This document shows positions 10,886-20,961 of a DNA stretch of 64,000 nucleotides, one piece after another; the stretch's first letter is position 1; each line of letters starts with the position of its first letter. This stretch comes from an uncultured Candidatus Saccharibacteria bacterium (GTDB lineage: Bacteria > Patescibacteriota > Minisyncoccia > Phycocordibacterales > UBA918), in assembly GCA_964493145.1 (NCBI GenBank), contig CAZBMV010000002.1, positions 14,157 through 78,156 on the forward strand, given 5' to 3'. The position numbers and the translations under genes were made by a program. A model generated the notes under the pieces. That model was not told the origin of the DNA, did no database searches, and saw only the letters and a program-made list of their open reading frames with translations.

Positions 10886-11674
10886 ATGGCTACCTTTGCA
10901 AAAAAATACAACCCGAATAGAAACAGCGACTGGAACTACGGCGGGAGCAAGTGGCGTCTCTCACGATCAAAAATTGACTTATTTACCGAGTGTCCCCGAT
11001 GTTTTTACCTTGATAACAAACTTGGTACGGCACGACCGCGCGGCCCCGCGTTCACACTCAATGTCGCCGTTGACGCACTGTTTAAGAAGGAATTTGATCA
11101 ATACAGAGCAAAAGGAGAACCTCACCCTCTCATGGCAAAGTATGGTATTAACGCGGTTCCGTTTGCACATGCACAGATGGACGTGTGGCGAGACAACTTT
11201 GCCGGCATTGAATTCCTTCACACTGAAACGGGATTTACGGTGTCCGGAGCCGTTGACGATATTTGGATCACTCCAAGCGGGGAACTGATAGTTGTTGACT
11301 ACAAAGCCACAGCCAAAGACGGAACGATTGAAACACTTGCCGATTCGGCATGGGAAGACCAGTACCGCAGACAAATCGGTGTGTACCAGTGGCTTTTTAC
11401 ACAGAACGGTTTTACGGTCTCGCCGACGGGTTATTTTGTGTATGCAAACGGCGACAGTGATCAGCCGGCGTTCAACGACACGCTCCACTTTGAGACGACA
11501 CTTGTGCCGTGCGACGGCGACACCTCATGGATAGAACCGACACTTCTAGACATTAAGAAGTGCCTCGCAGACGAGCAATTTCCGAAGAGTAATCCTGACT
11601 GTGAATTTTGTCTCTACCGTGAGGCATGCGGAAAAAAGTTACAGGCACTACACACAAAGAGTATAAAGAGGTAA
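10886..11674 (+). CDS. PD-(D/E)XK nuclease, Cas4/RecB-like with a Cys cluster
   Basis: VVDYKATAK (D…EXK) core, N-terminal CPRC, and a C-terminal C-x…CEFC…C pattern typical of Cas4-like Fe-S nucleases. Confidence 0.5.
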   Translation: MATFAKKYNPNRNSDWNYGGSKWRLSRSKIDLFTECPRCFYLDNKLGTARPRGPAFTLNVAVDALFKKEFDQYRAKGEPHPLMAKYGINAVPFAHAQMDVWRDNFAGIEFLHTETGFTVSGAVDDIWITPSGELIVVDYKATAKDGTIETLADSAWEDQYRRQIGVYQWLFTQNGFTVSPTGYFVYANGDSDQPAFNDTLHFETTLVPCDGDTSWIEPTLLDIKKCLADEQFPKSNPDCEFCLYREACGKKLQALHTKSIKR

Positions 11675-11699
11675 TGTAAACCTCGTATAATACACTCCT

Positions 11700-12296
11700 A
11701 TGGCATACTCATACGCAATAGAACAAGCGATACGAGCAGCATCAGTCCTCCATAAAGATCAGGTGCGAAAGGGGCACGTGCCCTACCCATACGTAACGCA
11801 TCTCTTTGCCGTTGCAACAATCGTGTCTGACTATACCGATGATGAAGATACCATTATCGCCGCACTCCTCCATGACACGCTGGAAGACACCGACTACACT
11901 GAAAAAGAACTTGAGGACGACTTTGGCGGTAGTGTGAAGGACATTGTTCTCTCACTCACCGAACCGCAGACGCCAGAAGGTGAAAAACGTGATTTCGCGT
12001 TTCAAAAAAAGGAGTACGTTACTCAACTCAAGAAGGCATCCGAGCGTGCGCTCGTCGTCGCCGCTGCCGACAAAATACATAACATGCGCTCCGTTGTTGA
12101 GGAATACTATGATGACCACTCATCATTCATCGCGCATTTCGGATCAAATCTTGAAGATCGTCTCCGCATGTACCAGGAAATAAGCAACGTGCTCAATCGG
12201 AGACTCAAGAACAGTATCCTTGCTGAATTTAACAGTGTGTTCACCGAATATAAAAATTTTTTACATGACGTTGAAAAAAAACGGAACGAGTATTAA
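11700..12296 (+). CDS. HD-domain hydrolase, small (p)ppGpp hydrolase-like (RelA/SpoT HD fold)
   Basis: H…HD…D metal-binding pattern (VTHLFAVATIV…ALLHDTLEDT). 198 aa. Confidence 0.6.
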   Translation: MAYSYAIEQAIRAASVLHKDQVRKGHVPYPYVTHLFAVATIVSDYTDDEDTIIAALLHDTLEDTDYTEKELEDDFGGSVKDIVLSLTEPQTPEGEKRDFAFQKKEYVTQLKKASERALVVAAADKIHNMRSVVEEYYDDHSSFIAHFGSNLEDRLRMYQEISNVLNRRLKNSILAEFNSVFTEYKNFLHDVEKKRNEY

Positions 12297-12363
12297 AAAT
12301 CAAAAGCAAAAAAATACCACCGAAAGGAAACAGGGTTTACGCGGAAAGAAAAATACGTCCGAT

Positions 12364-14331
12364 ATGCCCGTGCGGACGCTCACAAAAAATGACTTCGCGT
12401 GGGTAACGTGGCAACCAAAGGATTTCAAAAAATTTCCTACGCAAGCCATTAAGGAACTCACGGATGACTACTCACGCATAAAGAATATTCCTTCCCACGC
12501 GCGCACATTTGAGAACACCGTCCTCGCTCTTGAACGAAGTGGCTCCACGTACAGGCAAAAGATACATTTTGTCGGCTTTTTGGCTGAGGTGTCGCCACAC
12601 AAAAACGTGCGCGACGCGGCACATGCGATAACAGAGGAGTACGCGAAAAAAATTGTTGATGTCGTACACGATGAAGGTATCTACAACGCACTCCGTGAAT
12701 ATGCATCAAAAAAGGAGAAGTTGATCGGTGAAGACAAGATACTTTTTGAAGATATGCTGCGCGACTATCGTCGCATGGGGTTTGATTTGCCGAAGGAAAA
12801 GCAAAAACTGCTTAAGAAAAATCTTAAAGAACTTTCACAGCTTTCGCTCTCTTTTAGAAAAAATATTAACGATTACAAGGATTCCATAACGCTTACCGTT
12901 GCCGAGGCAGTTGGTCTTCCCGAGAGGTTTCTCTCCGGTCTCAAACGTGATGCGAAGGGGCGTTACGTAGTGACACTTGAGTATCCGGACATTGGGCCAT
13001 TTCTGGAAAACTCACCGAATGACCGTAAGCGCAAGGAAATTGTTGATAAAAACGCCCGTAAAGGCGGACCAAAAAACATAGCGCTCCTCAAGCGCATCAT
13101 TACGCTCAGACACAGGAACGCCACCATGCTCGGGTACAAAACATTCGCACACTACGCGATTGAGGATCGGATGGCAAAAAATCCTGAGACGGTGATGAAG
13201 TTTCTCAACGCAATTAAAAAGCGTGTTGAACGGGGAGCGCGAAGAGACAGAGAAGAACTGGTCACATTCAAACGTGCCTTTACAAAAAATCCTCGTGCAA
13301 CGAGTGAGTACTACGATTCGTACTACGTGCATCAATTGCAAAAACAGTTGTATTCCATTGATACCGAAACGGTACGCGAATACTTTCCATTTCCAAAGGT
13401 CAGGGAAGGTGTCTTTGAGGTATATCAAAAATTGCTCGGCGTCAGGTTCAAAAAAGTAACCAATCGTCCTCTCTGGCATTCCGACGTTGAACTCTACGCG
13501 ATTATTGATAACAACAAAGAAATCGCGTATTTTGCCATGGATCTTTTCCCGCGAGACGGGAAGTACGGCCACGCGGCGGCGTTTGATCTCATTAATGGGC
13601 GAGCCCATGGCAATATGTACGTCGCACCGCTTGCGGCGCTCGTTTGTAATTTCTCAAAGCCGACGGGCAAAACACCATCACTCCTCTCGCACGATGAGGT
13701 TGAAACTTTTTTTCATGAATTCGGACACATCATGCACGATGTGCTTACCAAGGCACGGTATGAATCACAGTCAGGATTTCATGTCGCATGGGACTACGTA
13801 GAGATGCCATCACAAATGTTGGAAAATTGGGTGTGGAAAAAGGAAATTTTGAGGAAAATTTCCAGTCATTACAAAACAGGCAAGCCACTACCCGATACAC
13901 TCGTCACAAATATGCTCCGTGCGGAAAAATTCAGAATATCAACGATGTACCTTCGTCAAATGCTCTTGGCGCTCTTTGATATGAAGTTGCACTACGCGTG
14001 TGCTCAGGGTGCACCGCACGAAATATACCGCTCCATGGTTAAGCGCATGATGGGGTACTCATTGCCAAAAACGCAACTTTTTCCTGCAGGGTTTGGCCAT
14101 ATCGTTGGGGGGTACGAAGCGGGATACTACTCATACGCGTGGGCTAAGGTGTATGCGCAGGATATGTTCACACGATTTGAAAATGATGGGCTCTTGAATA
14201 AAAAAACGGGACGCGATTACCGAACGTGGATTCTTGAAAAGGGAAGCTCAATGGATGAGATGGCATTGATTAAAAAGTTTCTTGGTCGCGCACCGAGCGT
14301 GAGCGCGTTCTACAGATACATACGCGCATAG
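12364..14331 (+). CDS. M3-family oligoendopeptidase (thimet/oligopeptidase A-like)
   Basis: HEFGH zinc-binding motif and overall length. The ATG at 12364 avoids a long overlap with the upstream gene. Confidence 0.85.
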   Translation: MPVRTLTKNDFAWVTWQPKDFKKFPTQAIKELTDDYSRIKNIPSHARTFENTVLALERSGSTYRQKIHFVGFLAEVSPHKNVRDAAHAITEEYAKKIVDVVHDEGIYNALREYASKKEKLIGEDKILFEDMLRDYRRMGFDLPKEKQKLLKKNLKELSQLSLSFRKNINDYKDSITLTVAEAVGLPERFLSGLKRDAKGRYVVTLEYPDIGPFLENSPNDRKRKEIVDKNARKGGPKNIALLKRIITLRHRNATMLGYKTFAHYAIEDRMAKNPETVMKFLNAIKKRVERGARRDREELVTFKRAFTKNPRATSEYYDSYYVHQLQKQLYSIDTETVREYFPFPKVREGVFEVYQKLLGVRFKKVTNRPLWHSDVELYAIIDNNKEIAYFAMDLFPRDGKYGHAAAFDLINGRAHGNMYVAPLAALVCNFSKPTGKTPSLLSHDEVETFFHEFGHIMHDVLTKARYESQSGFHVAWDYVEMPSQMLENWVWKKEILRKISSHYKTGKPLPDTLVTNMLRAEKFRISTMYLRQMLLALFDMKLHYACAQGAPHEIYRSMVKRMMGYSLPKTQLFPAGFGHIVGGYEAGYYSYAWAKVYAQDMFTRFENDGLLNKKTGRDYRTWILEKGSSMDEMALIKKFLGRAPSVSAFYRYIRA

Positions 14332-14379
14332 AACAGAGTCTGGAAAATACATGGTAAATTTAGTATAGTTGTCCGCATT

Positions 14380-16320
14380 ATGTCAGGAAATGACATTCGT
14401 AAAAAATATCTAGCATTCATGGAAAAGCGTGGCCACGCTATTATTCCATCTGCCTCGCTCATACCGGCAAACGACCCGACGACGCTCTTCACGGGAAGCG
14501 GTATGCAACCGTTGGTTCCGTACCTCATGGGAGAAAATCACCCTATGGGTACCCGTCTCGCCGACTCGCAGAAGTGTTTTCGTGCGGAAGACATTGAGGA
14601 AGTCGGCGATAACAGACACACAACCTTTTTTGAAATGCTCGGAAATTGGTCGTTGGGTGACTATTTTAAAAAAGAACAAATACCATGGATCTATGAATTT
14701 CTTGTAGACGATGTCGGCCTCAAGCCGGAAAATATATACGTTACGGTTTTTGCGGGTGATACGCACGCGAACGTACCTAGAGATGAGGAGTCTGCAGAAC
14801 TGTGGCAACATATTTTTGCGGGGCGCGGTCTCTCCCACGGTGTCGCTCACATGGGATCCGAAAAGGAAGGTAGTGAACGTGGCATGAAGGAGGGCGAACG
14901 AATTTTTTACTATGATGCAAGCAAAAATTGGTGGTCACGTGCCGGTAAGCCTGAAAAAATGCCCGTTCACGAGATAGGTGGACCTGATACTGAAATTTTT
15001 TACGATTTTGGCACCCCGCACGATACGGCATTTGGTTCTCACTGCCACCCAAATTGCGACTGCGGACGTTTTTTGGAAATCGGAAATTCTGTATTTATCG
15101 AGTACATAAAGTCGGAGGATGGTTCGTTTAAAAAGCTTCCAAGGCGCAACGTTGACTTTGGGGGTGGCTTGGAGCGCATAACCGCTGCACGTCTCGGGAA
15201 TCCCGACATCTTCATGATTGACCTTCTCAAAAAGGTAATCGTAAACATTGAGGAACTTTCCGGAAAGAAATACGAGGATGACATGTCCGCATTTCGTGTC
15301 ATCACCGATCACATTCGCGGAGCCGTCTTCATGATTAGTGAGGGCATATACCCGAGCAATGCGGAACAGGGGTACTTTACGCGCAGACTCCTGCGTCGTG
15401 CAGTACGCTACGCGGATGTTATCGGTATTCCTCACGGCGAATTGAAGGTTTTGGCAAAAAGTGTCGTTGACACGTACAGGGAGCACTATCCAAAGATTGC
15501 AGAACATGAGTCTGACATTATTGACACCATTCACGGCGAGGAGGTTCAATTTAGAAAAACACTTGAGCATGGTCTCAAAGAGTTCAATAAGATTGCAGTC
15601 AGGGTAACGCTTCCGGTTACGAAGAAAGACGGAAAGGTTCTCGTGGATACATCACAGGAAATAAAACAGCAAAAATTTATTACCGGTGAGAGTGCATTCA
15701 ATCTTTTCACCACGTACGGTTTTCCCATTGAGCTGACAACTGAAATCGCCGCAGAGCGAGGCATGACCGTTGCACTTGATGAATTCAACGCACTCATGGA
15801 AAAACATCGTGCAACATCTCGTGCGGGTGCTGAACAAAAATTCAAAGGGGGTCTCGCAGATCATTCGGATGTCGTTGTCATGTACCACACCGCAACGCAC
15901 CTCCTCCTCGCCGGCTTGCGCAGGGAATTGGGAAGCGGAGTGCACCAGGCGGGATCAAACATCACAAACGAACGCTTGCGTTTTGATTTTACGTACGACG
16001 AAAAAGTGCCGGAGGATGTGCTCGCGCGCGTTGAGGCATTTGTAAATGAAGCGATACGACACAATGCACAGGTGACCATTGAAACGGTACCGAAGGAAGA
16101 AGCGGAGAAAGATCCAACCATTGAAGGAAGTTTTTGGGATCGGTACCCTGACCAGGTGAAGGTGTACACAATCAGGGGAGACGACGGCACCGTATACTCG
16201 CGTGAGCTTTGTGGAGGTCCTCATGTAGAAAAAACGGGAAGTATACGAGGCACGTTTAAAATTCAAAAAGAGGAATCTTCAGCACGCGGCGTTCGACGAA
16301 TTAAGGCTGTCCTCATGTAG
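14380..16320 (+). CDS. alaS: Alanyl-tRNA synthetase, short form lacking the C-terminal domain
   Basis: Class II AlaRS N-terminus (FTGSGMQPLVPY, WSLGDYFK) and an editing-domain HTATHLL motif. Only 646 aa. Confidence 0.9.
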   Translation: MSGNDIRKKYLAFMEKRGHAIIPSASLIPANDPTTLFTGSGMQPLVPYLMGENHPMGTRLADSQKCFRAEDIEEVGDNRHTTFFEMLGNWSLGDYFKKEQIPWIYEFLVDDVGLKPENIYVTVFAGDTHANVPRDEESAELWQHIFAGRGLSHGVAHMGSEKEGSERGMKEGERIFYYDASKNWWSRAGKPEKMPVHEIGGPDTEIFYDFGTPHDTAFGSHCHPNCDCGRFLEIGNSVFIEYIKSEDGSFKKLPRRNVDFGGGLERITAARLGNPDIFMIDLLKKVIVNIEELSGKKYEDDMSAFRVITDHIRGAVFMISEGIYPSNAEQGYFTRRLLRRAVRYADVIGIPHGELKVLAKSVVDTYREHYPKIAEHESDIIDTIHGEEVQFRKTLEHGLKEFNKIAVRVTLPVTKKDGKVLVDTSQEIKQQKFITGESAFNLFTTYGFPIELTTEIAAERGMTVALDEFNALMEKHRATSRAGAEQKFKGGLADHSDVVVMYHTATHLLLAGLRRELGSGVHQAGSNITNERLRFDFTYDEKVPEDVLARVEAFVNEAIRHNAQVTIETVPKEEAEKDPTIEGSFWDRYPDQVKVYTIRGDDGTVYSRELCGGPHVEKTGSIRGTFKIQKEESSARGVRRIKAVLM

Positions 16321-16410
16321 GTGGTATGAACACTGCCTGAAACTCTGTTGTTCCCATTTTTCTTTTTTTGAATCTATTTTTTTTGTGCGCGCGCGATATA
16401 CTTTACTAGT

Positions 16411-17592
16411 ATGTTCCATTTTAGTGGAGGCGCAAAAAAGGTCGCCTACGGCGTGCTCGTTGATATCAGTTCCGGGTCCATCGGCGTTGCCATTGTTTCA
16501 TCGCCTCGCAATTCGCCTGAACCGACACTTCTTTACGTACACCGAAATTCAATGCGTGTGACCACCCACGGGATTGAGGGTATACGGAGGGTCAAGGAGG
16601 CACTATTTTCAACGGCACTCATTCTGTCACAGGAGGGAATGGGCGTTCTCAGACAACATGATCCCAGCGCACGTATTTCGCGTATGTTTGTGACGTGTTC
16701 AGCCCCGTGGGCTCACACGGTGTCACGTGACGTTTACTACGAGAGTGACACGCCGTTCAAGGTAACCGCTTCGGTTTTGAATGACCTCATTGAGAGCGCT
16801 GAAGCTGAGATATATACTTCCATTGAACAAAACCCCGACATCAGCGAAACAGCGTTTGATATTGTTGAACGTGCAACCGTCAACGCGACGGTCAATGATT
16901 ACCCGGTCGTTCAACCACTTCACCTTAAAGGCAGAACGCTGGGACTTTCGCACGTTGTCGGTCTCATTCCACACGAGATACGCGACGCTGTCTATGAAAT
17001 TCAAGAGAAACTTTTTCCGACGACCACACTTCGTGCGCACACCTGCATGCTCGTGACATACTGTGTGCTCCGCGACCTGTTTCCAAAAACAGAAGCGCTG
17101 TGCATCGTAGACACAACAGGCGAGGCAACCGAAATCGCAGTAGTGGAGCGTCACACCCTCATTGAAAACATATCAATGCCAATGGGAGTTAACACGCTCA
17201 TTCGCTCCATCATGGAGACGACAAAAAAACCGGCGACAGATATACAGTCGGTTATTGAGTTGCACGAAGATGGTTCGCGCGACATTGAACCGGAGTACCG
17301 TTCGTGCACCGATTCATACGTAGACAATCTCACGCGAACACTTGGTGTTATTTTTGAAAAAAAGCAACTGCCAAAAAACGTTGTTTTTCTTACGCAACGT
17401 AAGCACAATGGCTTTTTTGTACCGCTTGTCACAAAATCGTTTGAGCAGACACTCTCGGTAAAGCCACACTTCCTCAATGTACAAAATAAATTATCACTCC
17501 ACACAGACTCGTCAGTTGGTGAGGATCTCTATTTGAAGTTAAGCGCTCGCTTTTTCCACAAAATGCATGGCTGTGGGGAATTTGATGCATAA
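16411..17592 (+). CDS. Actin-fold ATPase, FtsA/PilM-like
   Basis: Phosphate-1-like motif (GVLVDISSGSIGVAIV) and an adenosine-like motif (IVDTTGEATEIAVV). Confidence 0.4.
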   Translation: MFHFSGGAKKVAYGVLVDISSGSIGVAIVSSPRNSPEPTLLYVHRNSMRVTTHGIEGIRRVKEALFSTALILSQEGMGVLRQHDPSARISRMFVTCSAPWAHTVSRDVYYESDTPFKVTASVLNDLIESAEAEIYTSIEQNPDISETAFDIVERATVNATVNDYPVVQPLHLKGRTLGLSHVVGLIPHEIRDAVYEIQEKLFPTTTLRAHTCMLVTYCVLRDLFPKTEALCIVDTTGEATEIAVVERHTLIENISMPMGVNTLIRSIMETTKKPATDIQSVIELHEDGSRDIEPEYRSCTDSYVDNLTRTLGVIFEKKQLPKNVVFLTQRKHNGFFVPLVTKSFEQTLSVKPHFLNVQNKLSLHTDSSVGEDLYLKLSARFFHKMHGCGEFDA

Positions 17593-18952
17593 AATTAGGT
17601 ATACTTACCATATGGGACAAAAATGGAACTTGCAGGATATTCGACCGGCTGCCACACCAAAGGCTCCGGTGCGCGATTTTGTTGAGCAGTCAAAAGCTCG
17701 GCAAGATATCAAGCCACGCGCACCACGCGCAGAGGCATCGGTACAGTCCTTTGATGATTCCGACCTTTCTACGCTTGATATCATTGACGGAAATTCGGCG
17801 AAGCGAAAACGTGTTATCGTAAGCGCTTCTATCGCTGCGATCGTTATTGTCGCAGGCATTTTCCTTAATATTTTTCTCGGCGGAGCGGAGGTAACGGTGT
17901 ACCCGAAATTTAGAGATGTTTCCGTTCAATCCGATTTTACTATTTTTACCGCACCCCAAACGGGTGAACTCGGGTATGAACTCCTCTCACTGGAAGCGAC
18001 CGGTGAGCGGCAGGTGAAGGCGACCGGCAGGGAACAGGTCTCCACGCGTGCAGAGGGAAAGATTTTTGTATACAACACGCAAGTGTCCGTGTCACAGCGT
18101 CTCATTAAGAATACGCGGTTTGAGACATCGGACGACCTTGTCTACAGGATTAAGGAATCTATTGAGGTGCCCGGGGCAACGAAGGATGCAAAGGGGAATC
18201 TCGTTGCGGGGAGCGTTGTCGCAGATGTATTTGCGGACGCAACAGGTGAAAAATACAACGTACAGCCTCAAAAGTTTACGGTGCCTGGGCTGAAGGGAAG
18301 TGAACAGTACGAAAGTATTTACGGTGAATCAACAACCGCCTTTACGGGAGGGTTTGAGGGTGAGAAGTACCTTATTGACGAACAGGAACTTGAAACAGCA
18401 AAGCAAGCCCTCCACGTCGAGCTACGTGACAAACTGCTTGCACGCCTCACCGATGAAAAACCTGCGGGCTTCGTTGTCTACGATGGCGCGGTAACATTTG
18501 TCTATGAATCACTTCCCGCAACCGAGTACGGTGATTCGCTCGCAACAATCAAAGAAAAGGTTCGCCTTCTCGTTCCAATCTTCAATGAGACTGAGTTTGC
18601 GAAGTACCTTGCCGAAAAATCGGTACCTGAATACAAGGGCGAGGATGTCACACTTCCAGATGCAACAACACTTACCTTTACGTACACAGACCCACTCACC
18701 CCGCTTCAGGATATCAGTGCATCATCCTCGCTCAACGTAACCCTTAAGGGATCTACCCGGATTGTGTGGAAATTTGATGAAGAAAAATTAAAGTCTGAAC
18801 TGATTAATCTTCCCAAAAAGGACAGCACGGAGGTATTTAAGACATACAATTCCATTAGCCATGCACAAGCGGAAGTACGACCATTTTGGGCCACCTCATT
18901 TCCTGAAAACCCCGATAAGATTAGAGTGCGTACTGTCATAGAAGACCGTTAA
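17585..18952 (+). CDS. Hypothetical single-pass membrane protein with a large extracytoplasmic domain
   Basis: One TM helix (VIVSASIAAIVIVAGIFLNIFLGG). Its ATG overlaps the upstream stop (ATGCATAA). Confidence 0.35.
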   Translation: MHKIRYTYHMGQKWNLQDIRPAATPKAPVRDFVEQSKARQDIKPRAPRAEASVQSFDDSDLSTLDIIDGNSAKRKRVIVSASIAAIVIVAGIFLNIFLGGAEVTVYPKFRDVSVQSDFTIFTAPQTGELGYELLSLEATGERQVKATGREQVSTRAEGKIFVYNTQVSVSQRLIKNTRFETSDDLVYRIKESIEVPGATKDAKGNLVAGSVVADVFADATGEKYNVQPQKFTVPGLKGSEQYESIYGESTTAFTGGFEGEKYLIDEQELETAKQALHVELRDKLLARLTDEKPAGFVVYDGAVTFVYESLPATEYGDSLATIKEKVRLLVPIFNETEFAKYLAEKSVPEYKGEDVTLPDATTLTFTYTDPLTPLQDISASSSLNVTLKGSTRIVWKFDEEKLKSELINLPKKDSTEVFKTYNSISHAQAEVRPFWATSFPENPDKIRVRTVIEDR

Positions 18953-18976
18953 TTCGGTACTGGGGACAACAAGGGG

Positions 18977-19005
18977 TTGACGGTCATTATAAACTTTGTT
19001 ACACT
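18977..19005 (+). promoter_or_regulatory. Sigma-70-like promoter (TTGACG, 17-nt spacer, TACACT) upstream of the infA ribosomal block
   Basis: -35 and -10 hexamers with a 17-nt spacer. Confidence 0.4.
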
Positions 19006-19014
19006 CTCGGTCGT

Positions 19015-19239
19015 TTGATGCAGGAAAAATCAGACAAAGAAGTTCTCGTCTATGGAACAGTAGAGGAGGCGCTCCCTAATGCGCTTTTTCGTGTTTTGAT
19101 TGACGGTGAAGAAAAACCAATTATTGCCTATTTGGCGGGTAAAATGCGAAAGTTTAAAATTCGCGTTCTCGTCGGGGACAGAGTTGCGGTCGTTCCTGAA
19201 CCATACGGTGGAAAGGCGCGCATCGCTAAACGACTTTAA
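19015..19239 (+). CDS. infA: Translation initiation factor IF-1
   Basis: 74-aa S1-like OB fold with high identity to IF-1. Confidence 0.9.
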   Translation: MMQEKSDKEVLVYGTVEEALPNALFRVLIDGEEKPIIAYLAGKMRKFKIRVLVGDRVAVVPEPYGGKARIAKRL

Positions 19240-19346
19240 ATATTCATCCCGTTTGAAATCATGGTATGCACTATGATTGCGAACAGGATAATTCAGACCC
19301 ACAACCGCAATTAATATTTCATTATCAGAATGTAATTCCAAATGGG

Positions 19347-19463
19347 ATGAAAGTACGATCATCAGTAAAAAAAATCAGTCCAGACGACAAAATCGTCCGA
19401 CGACGCGGATACATTTACGTTATCAACAAGAAGAAGCCACGAAATAAGCAACGACAGGGTTAA
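19347..19463 (+). CDS. rpmJ: Ribosomal protein L36, cysteine-less (C-minus) form
   Basis: MKVRSSVKK…IVRRRG…YVI…NKQRQG matches L36. The Zn-binding cysteines are replaced (SPDDK, NKKKP). Confidence 0.8.
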   Translation: MKVRSSVKKISPDDKIVRRRGYIYVINKKKPRNKQRQG

Positions 19464-19474
19464 TTAAGCGCACT

Positions 19475-19852
19475 ATGAGAATTTCAGGTATTACAATTCC
19501 AGATACAAAGCATTTAGAGTTTGCCCTCACCTCTGTCTTTGGTGTTGGTCATTCACGTGCCCTTTCAATACTTAACGGACTCAAGATTGATCCAAAGAAG
19601 ACAACGAAAGACCTCTCCACTGATGAAGAGAATGCCATTCGTGAAAAGGTTGAATCATTTACCATTGAAGGCGAGCTTAAACGCGCCGTCGGTGCAAACA
19701 TCAAGCGTCTCAAGGATATTCAGTGCTACCGTGGCTCACGTCACGCAAAACGCCTTCCGTGCCGTGGACAGCGCACCAAGACGAACGCCCGCACTCTCAA
19801 GGGTGTTAAGAAGACTATGGGTTCCGGCCGTCGTAAGCTTGAGAAGACGTAA
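19475..19852 (+). CDS. rpsM: Ribosomal protein S13
   Basis: RISGITIPDTKHLEFALTSVFGVG… is canonical S13. Confidence 0.95.
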   Translation: MRISGITIPDTKHLEFALTSVFGVGHSRALSILNGLKIDPKKTTKDLSTDEENAIREKVESFTIEGELKRAVGANIKRLKDIQCYRGSRHAKRLPCRGQRTKTNARTLKGVKKTMGSGRRKLEKT

Positions 19853-19882
19853 TCAATTTCCTTATTTAGTAACGAATGACCT

Positions 19883-20311
19883 ATGGGTAAGAAACGAATA
19901 ATCAAAAAAGGAGGGAGCGACGCTAGCGGTTCATCACGCGCGCTTGCACGTATTCCGAAAAAGAAGGTTGCAGTAGGCACGCTCAACATTCTCGCAACGT
20001 TCAACAACACAATTCTCACACTCTGCGATAACAAGGGTAACTCTTTGATTGCAGCATCCAGCGGCGCACTCGGCTTTGCCGGTTCACGAAAGAGCACTCC
20101 GTTTGCAGCTGCTAAGGTTGGTGAGATTATCGGTGAAAAGGCATCACAAATGGGTATGAAGGAGGCAAATGTCGTCATCAAAGGCATCGGTGCCGGACGG
20201 GAATCAGCACTTCGCGGTTTTTCAAGCAAGGGCATTGCCATTACAAGCATTTCTGACAAGACACCGGTTCCACACAACGGTCCACGACCACCTAAACCAC
20301 GCAGAATCTAA
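19883..20311 (+). CDS. rpsK: Ribosomal protein S11
   Basis: Canonical S11 sequence. Confidence 0.95.
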   Translation: MGKKRIIKKGGSDASGSSRALARIPKKKVAVGTLNILATFNNTILTLCDNKGNSLIAASSGALGFAGSRKSTPFAAAKVGEIIGEKASQMGMKEANVVIKGIGAGRESALRGFSSKGIAITSISDKTPVPHNGPRPPKPRRI

Positions 20312-20326
20312 ATATTTATTACGCAT

Positions 20327-20935
20327 ATGATCATCGGTCCAAAATATAAAATTGCAAAGCGACTTGGCGCAGCCATCTTTGAAAAAACGCAAACACAGAA
20401 GTTTGCGCTTTCAGAGGCACGCAGTGCACGAAATAAGAAGGTCGGACGTGGTGCGATGTCAGACTACAAAAAGCAGCTTCTCGAGAAGCAAAAAATGCGA
20501 TTTGGGTACGGCATTTCGGAAAAGCAACTCTCACGCTACGTACGTGAATCATTTGCACAAGGTCACCAGCCAATCGGAGCTCTCATTGGGCGCCTTGAGT
20601 CTCGTCTGGATAACGTTGTGTACCGTCTCGGTCTCGCGAAGACACGCCGTCTTGCACGACAACTCGTTTCACACGGGCACATCTGTGTAAACGGACGCCG
20701 TTTGAACATTCCGTCACACATTGTTCGTATTGGTGAGACGGTGTCGGTTCGTGAACAGAGCAAGCAGTCTCCACTCTTCGTAACGCTTGGTGAGACACTT
20801 GCACAGTACACTGCACCGCACTGGCTTTCACTCAACGCAAAAACACTTTCCGGAGAAAAGAAGGCGGAACCAACCTATGAGCCATCTGAAACACTGTTTG
20901 ATCCACAGCAAGTCCTTGAGTATTACAGTCGTTAA
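20327..20935 (+). CDS. rpsD: Ribosomal protein S4
   Basis: Canonical S4 with an S4 RNA-binding domain. Confidence 0.95.
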   Translation: MIIGPKYKIAKRLGAAIFEKTQTQKFALSEARSARNKKVGRGAMSDYKKQLLEKQKMRFGYGISEKQLSRYVRESFAQGHQPIGALIGRLESRLDNVVYRLGLAKTRRLARQLVSHGHICVNGRRLNIPSHIVRIGETVSVREQSKQSPLFVTLGETLAQYTAPHWLSLNAKTLSGEKKAEPTYEPSETLFDPQQVLEYYSR

Positions 20936-20961
20936 TAATTAGCACTAATAAGTAACGTACT

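Noticed and set aside
19521-20277. ORFs 19521-19901 plus and 19741-20277 minus overlapping rpsM and rpsK.
   Set aside because: Alternative frames of canonical ribosomal protein genes. Arg/Ser-rich frame artefacts.
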